From positions 7,999-71,998 of the forward strand of contig JAFDYB010000100.1 of NCBI GenBank assembly GCA_018267655.1: a stretch of DNA of 64,000 nt, in the 5' to 3' direction. The stretch's first letter is position 1. Every line of letters begins with the position of its first letter. The stretch comes from Bacteroidota bacterium. Lineage in GTDB: Bacteria > Bacteroidota > Bacteroidia > B-17B0 > Aurantibacillaceae. Shown one piece after another: positions 59,062-64,000 of this stretch. The position numbers and the translations under genes were made by a program. The notes below the pieces were generated by a model. That model was not told where the DNA came from. It did no database searches and saw only the letters and a list, made by a program, of their open reading frames with translations.

Positions 59062-60111
59062 TTAATTAAGGCACGATGCGTTGATAAACTGTTTTGCTCC
59101 ACTAACACCCAATTCAAGGGCTTTTTTCCAATCTTCGCAACTTCCGCCCTCTTCGCGCAACATTTGGCGAGCGATGCCTCTATTGTAATATGCAGCTCCA
59201 TTTTTGCCATCAATGTTAATTGCTTTATTGGCCATGTCGCGTGCCTTCGTATAATCTTTACTTTTAATGGCAATGCTTGCTAAATTATTATAAGCACCTG
59301 AATTGCTAGGATCTTTTTTTAGTACTTCTAAAAAGTCGCTTTCAGCTGCTTTTAAATTATCGTTTTCAAAATGAGCTGCGCCACGGTTGTTGTACGCCAC
59401 AACATATGAAGGATTTTCTTGAATTGCTTTTGTATAGGCCTCTATAGCTTTAGTATAATTTTTATTTAACCGATATACTGAACCTAAATTGTTATATATA
59501 AACGGTAGCTTTGAGTTTATTGATAATGCTTTTTCATAGTCGGCTATGGCTCCTATAAAATCGTTTTTAGCACGTTTTGCACTTGCCCTATCGTTATAGG
59601 CGTATGCATAATTCGGATTAGAAGCAATTGCTTTACTATAAAATTCAATTGATTTGTCGTAATCTTTATCTTCATAACAAAACAAACCCGCATAGTAGGC
59701 AGCGTCAGCATGGGCAGCATTTAATTTTAAACAGTGCATAAGAGCTACGTTTTCGCTATCTCGTTTACTCATTTTGTAATAAACCATGGCTTTATTAAAA
59801 TAAATATCAGCATTTTGGTTATTAATTTTGATGGCTTCGTTTATGTCGTTAATTGCCAAATTAAAGTTTTTTAGCTGGGCGTATGCTATAGCCCTATTAC
59901 TAAACGCTTTGTCAAATAAAGGTTTTGAAACAATGGCCTTACTAAAAAGTTCAATTGCAGCATTAAAATTCTCTTTTGAAAGGGCTGATAATCCACTATT
60001 GTAATCAAGCTCTGCTTGCTGTTCGGGAGGTATGTTTGAGGCTACTTTAACCGTGTCTTGAGATTTTAAATACCCAAAACTTAACATAAAAAAAAGATAA
60101 AGATGTTTCAT
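59062..60111 (-). CDS. Secreted TPR-repeat protein
   Basis: 349 aa with a signal peptide ending YLKSQ. About 8 consecutive TPRs (AFSNRAIAYAQL, AYNDRASAKRA, AYNNRGAAHFE, AYYNRGIARQM). Confidence 0.75.
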   Translation of the reverse strand: MKHLYLFFMLSFGYLKSQDTVKVASNIPPEQQAELDYNSGLSALSKENFNAAIELFSKAIVSKPLFDKAFSNRAIAYAQLKNFNLAINDINEAIKINNQNADIYFNKAMVYYKMSKRDSENVALMHCLKLNAAHADAAYYAGLFCYEDKDYDKSIEFYSKAIASNPNYAYAYNDRASAKRAKNDFIGAIADYEKALSINSKLPFIYNNLGSVYRLNKNYTKAIEAYTKAIQENPSYVVAYNNRGAAHFENDNLKAAESDFLEVLKKDPSNSGAYNNLASIAIKSKDYTKARDMANKAINIDGKNGAAYYNRGIARQMLREEGGSCEDWKKALELGVSGAKQFINASCLN

Positions 60112-60148
60112 TTTAATTAACTATGTGTGTAACGACTAAAAATAAAAC

Positions 60149-60156
60149 TATTTTTG
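60149..60156 (+). promoter_or_regulatory. Candidate -7 box TATTTTTG upstream of the CHAT gene
   Basis: Matches TAnnTTTG and ends 42 nt before the ATG at 60199. Confidence 0.35.
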
Positions 60157-60198
60157 TAATAATTTATTAAAAGTTATTATCTTTTTAAAAAAATAGTT

Positions 60199-62997
60199 AT
60201 GCTTAAAAAAATTTTTTTAGGAATTTTTTTTGTTTTGAGTAATTTAAATTATGCTCAATTTGGCCTTGGAGGTTTAATGAATACCGCTAAAAATAAACTA
60301 AAAAGCAGTACTACAGATGTATGGGATAAAAAGAGGAAGGATTATGATGAATCGAATTTTAACTACGCCATTTCATTTTTAGATAATAGCGGCTTATTTG
60401 AAGCTGACGAGAAAGGTGATATTTTTTCCCGCTCAATGAGTGGATGGGTAAAAAACACTTATACCGACCCAAACGAAAATGCATATAACTTTTTAAAAAA
60501 TGGAGAGATGCTTATGGCCGGTAATAAGTTTTACTTAGCTGAACATAGCTTTATTCTTGCTCAAAATATTTACGAAACTCATTTGCCTAATATTGATTCG
60601 CTAAATTATTCGCAAACGCTTAACAATTTAGGCTTATTGTATCAGGAAAAAGGTATTTATTCAAAAGTTGAGCCTTTATATTTAAAAAGCAAAAGTGTTC
60701 GCGAAAAATTAAATAATCCCATTATGCTAGTAGTATCAATAAATAATTTAGGGGTGTTTAAAAAAGAAAATGGCTATTATGCTGAAGCCGAAAAATTATT
60801 GAAAGACGCTTACCAAATTGCAAATGAAAAAAGTGATGCTCTGGCAAAATCAATCACACTTAATAATTTAGCCATGCTGTATTTAGATATGAATAAACTA
60901 CCTGAATCTGAAAAAAATATGCTAAATAGCTTATCAGAAGGGATAAAAGTGCTAAAAGACAATAGCAGCAATTTCATAAAACTTAAAATAAATTTAGCTA
61001 ATATCTATCGTTTTGAAAAAAAATATGAAGAGTCAGAAAAAATTTATCTAGAAGCAATTGCACTAAAAGAAAAAAAGGTAGGTAACCACCCCGATTTAGC
61101 ACATCTTAAAAAGGGACTTGCGCAATTGTATATGATATGGGGAAAAAACGAAAAAGTTGAAAAGCTACTTATTAGTGCTATTGATATTTATATCCGAAAA
61201 TTAGGTGCTAAAAATCCTGCTACTATTAGTGCAAAACAAGAGTTAGGGAATTTTTACCGCTACAATTCCAATTCAAAAAAATCGCTCGAAATACTCGAAG
61301 TTGTTGTTGATTTAAAAAAACAAATTTATGGCGAATCAAATCCTAATTATATTCAAGCACTTGAAGATTTAACACTTACACAATGGGAGCTTAATCAAAA
61401 TGATAAAGCTCTATCTAACTACAAACTAATTATTGAAAATACGCTTAGTTACATCAACACATTTTTTCAAACATTAAACGAAAATGAAAAAAACATGTAT
61501 TGGGAAAAAACCAATTCTCGCTTACAGCGCTTTTATTCATTTGCTTATGTAACCGGCACAAACAACCCTGAAATACAATCTTTATTTTACCAAACTGCTA
61601 TTAATACAAAAGGATTTTTATTTAATAATTCCTCTAAAATTAGAAATATCATAGCATCAAGCGAGGATGCAGATTTAAAAAACACATATAAAGAATGGCT
61701 GCAAACAAAAGAAAATTTAAACCGAGTATATCAGCTAAGTAAAGATGATATTGCAAAAGAAAAAATTAACGTTGATAGTTTAAAAGAGCGATCAAACAAG
61801 CTTGAGCGTGATTTGTCGGAAAAGAGCAGCGAATTTAAAAATTCAAAAACTGAAGAAAAAATTACAGTTGAAAAAATTCAATCTCAATTATCTGCTAACG
61901 AAGCCGCCATTGAAATAATCGAATTAAATGAATATAAAAACGGCTTTACCGGCAAAGGCTCATTTGTTGCTTTTGTTATTAAAAACAATGCTCTCAACAT
62001 GATTGAAATAGGTGCAGATACTATTATTCAAACCAGCATAAAACAATTCAGAGAAAATGTAATTAATCAAAAACCAGAAAAACAAGCTTACACGCCATGT
62101 TGGAAGCCTTTAGAAAAAAACTTGGCGGGCGTATCTAAAATTTATTTATCGCTTGATGGTGCGTATTACCAATTGAGTTTAAACGCTCTTGCTGATGAGA
62201 ATGGAAAATATTTAATTGACAAGTATAATTTACAATTTGTAGGAAATACAAAAGAAATACTAGGAGTTAAAGAAAAGGAAAAACTAAATACTAAACCAAA
62301 AACTGCTTTTTTAATTGGAAATCCTTTTTACGGTAAAAATAAGCTTATAGACCAATTGCCTGGTGCTGAAGCAGAAGTGAAAAAAATTACTCAATTACTT
62401 ACCTCCTACAAAGTAAATTGCAAATCCTTATATGGGATTAACGCAACAGAAAAACAAGTAAAAGAAATTAACTCACCGGCAGTATTACACATTGCAACTC
62501 ACGGATATTTTTTACCAGATTTAAGCCAAGTTGAAACAAACAAAGTGTTAGGTATTGATGTAAGTGCTGCTAAAGAAAATCCTTTATTACGCTGTGGCTT
62601 GTTACTTGCTAATTGCGATAATGTTTTTGATCAAAACTTTAAACCAAGCCCTAATAGCGAAAATGGTATATTAACTGCTTATGAAGCAATGAGCATGAAT
62701 TTAGATAAAACTGATTTGGTTGTATTAAGCGCTTGCGAAACCGGCCTTGGAAGTGTAAAACAAGGCGAAGGCGTTTACGGCCTGCAACGCTCATTTTTAA
62801 TTGCAGGCGCAAATAGTATCATTATGAGTTTATGGAGCGTTAGTGATGAAGCCACAATGGATTTAATGACTTCATTTTACACAAGCTACGCCAAAACCGG
62901 CGATAAACAACAATCTTTTATTAACGCAATAAAACAAGTTAAAACAAAATATAAAGATCCGTTTTTTTGGAGCGCCTTTATTATGTTGAACAAATAA
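60199..62997 (+). CDS. TPR-repeat CHAT-domain (caspase-like) protein with an N-terminal signal peptide
   Basis: 932 aa with a signal peptide ending NLNYAQ and N-terminal TPRs (NNLGLLYQEKG, NNLAMLYLDM and others). C-terminal CHAT domain with putative His (VLHIATHGYF, His codon 62500-62502) and Cys (VVLSACETGLG, Cys codon 62734-62736). Confidence 0.8.
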   Translation: MLKKIFLGIFFVLSNLNYAQFGLGGLMNTAKNKLKSSTTDVWDKKRKDYDESNFNYAISFLDNSGLFEADEKGDIFSRSMSGWVKNTYTDPNENAYNFLKNGEMLMAGNKFYLAEHSFILAQNIYETHLPNIDSLNYSQTLNNLGLLYQEKGIYSKVEPLYLKSKSVREKLNNPIMLVVSINNLGVFKKENGYYAEAEKLLKDAYQIANEKSDALAKSITLNNLAMLYLDMNKLPESEKNMLNSLSEGIKVLKDNSSNFIKLKINLANIYRFEKKYEESEKIYLEAIALKEKKVGNHPDLAHLKKGLAQLYMIWGKNEKVEKLLISAIDIYIRKLGAKNPATISAKQELGNFYRYNSNSKKSLEILEVVVDLKKQIYGESNPNYIQALEDLTLTQWELNQNDKALSNYKLIIENTLSYINTFFQTLNENEKNMYWEKTNSRLQRFYSFAYVTGTNNPEIQSLFYQTAINTKGFLFNNSSKIRNIIASSEDADLKNTYKEWLQTKENLNRVYQLSKDDIAKEKINVDSLKERSNKLERDLSEKSSEFKNSKTEEKITVEKIQSQLSANEAAIEIIELNEYKNGFTGKGSFVAFVIKNNALNMIEIGADTIIQTSIKQFRENVINQKPEKQAYTPCWKPLEKNLAGVSKIYLSLDGAYYQLSLNALADENGKYLIDKYNLQFVGNTKEILGVKEKEKLNTKPKTAFLIGNPFYGKNKLIDQLPGAEAEVKKITQLLTSYKVNCKSLYGINATEKQVKEINSPAVLHIATHGYFLPDLSQVETNKVLGIDVSAAKENPLLRCGLLLANCDNVFDQNFKPSPNSENGILTAYEAMSMNLDKTDLVVLSACETGLGSVKQGEGVYGLQRSFLIAGANSIIMSLWSVSDEATMDLMTSFYTSYAKTGDKQQSFINAIKQVKTKYKDPFFWSAFIMLNK

Positions 62998-63010
62998 TTA
63001 ATTACATTTT

Positions 63011-64000
63011 ATGATTTATATTAAAAATTACATTAAAGGAGCACTTACAGAACCTATTTCAAAAAAATATTTTGATAATTACAAACCCTCCACCGGCGAA
63101 GTTTATGCACAAATTCCGGACAGTGATGAAAACGACGTTGAATTAGCATACAATGCCGCTTCTGAGGCCTTTGAATCATGGAGTAATTTACCAAAAGAAA
63201 AGCGCAGCTCATATCTTTTAAAAATTGCTCTTTTAATTGAAAACAAATTACCACAATTAGCACTAGCTGAAAGCATAGACAATGGCAAACCTTTAAAGTT
63301 AGCTTCTACTGTTGATATACCAAGAGCTGCCGCTAATTTTCATTTTTACGGAACAGGCATATTGCATTACGCATCGCATGCTCACAATATGGAAAATACC
63401 GCCATAAATTACACACTAAGGCAAGCCGTAGGAGTTGCAGGCTGTATTAGTCCTTGGAATTTACCGCTATATTTATTTACATGGAAAATTGCCCCTGCAC
63501 TAGCTGCAGGCTGTACCGTAGTTGCAAAGCCGAGTGAAATAACACCTATGACTGCTTTTTTACTTTCAGAAATTTGTATTGAAGCCGGTTTACCAAAAGG
63601 CGTTTTAAATATTGTGCACGGTTATGGCAACAAAGTTGGTAACGCAATAGTAAGCCACAAAAATATTCCATTAGTTTCATTTACAGGAGGAACCGTTACA
63701 GGTAAGCACATTGCAAGTATTGCAGCGCCTATGTTTAAAAAATTATCGCTCGAGCTTGGCGGAAAAAACCCAAATATTATTTTTGCCGATTGCAATTACA
63801 ATAAAATGCTTACTACAACTGTTCATTCATCATTTTCAAATCAAGGTCAAATTTGCCTTTGTGGCTCACGAATTTTTATTGAAAGAAAAATATACGAAAA
63901 ATTTAAAACCGATTTTATTGAAAAAACAAAAGCTTTAATTGTAGGCGATCCATTAAGCGAAAAAACAAAAGTTGGCGCTGTTGTATCGGCACAACATAAA
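63011..64000 (+). CDS. NAD(P)-dependent aldehyde dehydrogenase (5' partial, runs off the window)
   Basis: Not in the ORF track because it has no stop in the window. I translated it by hand from the ATG at 63011: MIYIKNYIKG...WNLPLYLFTWKIAPALAAGCTVVAKPSE...LELGGKNP...FSNQGQICLCGSR. Confidence 0.8.
   Translation, partial: MIYIKNYIKGALTEPISKKYFDNYKPSTGEVYAQIPDSDENDVELAYNAASEAFESWSNLPKEKRSSYLLKIALLIENKLPQLALAESIDNGKPLKLASTVDIPRAAANFHFYGTGILHYASHAHNMENTAINYTLRQAVGVAGCISPWNLPLYLFTWKIAPALAAGCTVVAKPSEITPMTAFLLSEICIEAGLPKGVLNIVHGYGNKVGNAIVSHKNIPLVSFTGGTVTGKHIASIAAPMFKKLSLELGGKNPNIIFADCNYNKMLTTTVHSSFSNQGQICLCGSRIFIERKIYEKFKTDFIEKTKALIVGDPLSEKTKVGAVVSAQHK

Noticed and set aside
59046-59273. 75-aa minus-strand ORF overlapping the 3' end of the TPR gene
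   Set aside because: It is out of frame within the well-supported 59062-60111 TPR CDS and has no motif of its own.
1-64000. Scan for CRISPR arrays, tRNA/rRNA genes, IS elements, integrases, toxin-antitoxin pairs, reverse transcriptases and other named defence systems
   Set aside because: I saw no spaced direct repeats, tRNA T-loop signatures (GGTTCGAATCC-like), rRNA-like segments or transposase/integrase-like ORFs. Only the type IIG RM gene qualifies as a defence gene.

Overview
AT-rich window (about one-third GC by eye, not computed) from a Bacteroidota, Flavobacteriia-like chromosome. Hallmarks are type IX secretion (T9SS) C-terminal sorting domains (type A on 1279-4902 and 5588-6406, type B on 49049-51697), a PorP/SprF gene, SprB repeats, three TPR-PD40-OmpA envelope paralogues, and TAnnTTTG -7 promoter boxes with short leaders that lack a Shine-Dalgarno sequence. 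About 50 CDS are supported. Housekeeping blocks are murQ, ndk, rnz, gcdH-fbp, a wbpA/B/D-like sugar set, ctaA, pyrH-tsf-rpsB-rpsI-rplM, pruA, obgE-adk-hpt and a partial aldehyde dehydrogenase. These alternate with envelope and accessory genes. I recognised no rRNA, tRNA, CRISPR array, transposase or integrase. Candidates worth a second look: (1) an AT-rich type IIG restriction-modification gene, coupled to a small ORF ending in a beta-clamp-binding-like motif, wedged between two OmpA-family paralogues; (2) a tightly coupled cluster of four or five secreted/outer-membrane proteins with no recognisable family (29362-34428), next to an ECF sigma/anti-sigma/GIN-barrel operon; (3) adenylate kinase fused in frame to an acidic linker and a ~145-aa histone-H1-like lysine-rich tail; (4) an HxH-rich tail-collar/fibre-like secreted protein directly upstream of a SprB-repeat type-B-CTD adhesin that has no adjacent PorP/SprF; (5) a signal-peptide-bearing TPR-CHAT protease; (6) five genes whose signal peptide, first TM helix or conserved N-terminal motif lies upstream of (or, in one case, is awkwardly positioned relative to) the first ATG/GTG/TTG. 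In two of these a single extra A in a homopolymer would restore an ATG start. All functional calls come from reading motifs by eye; no searches were run.
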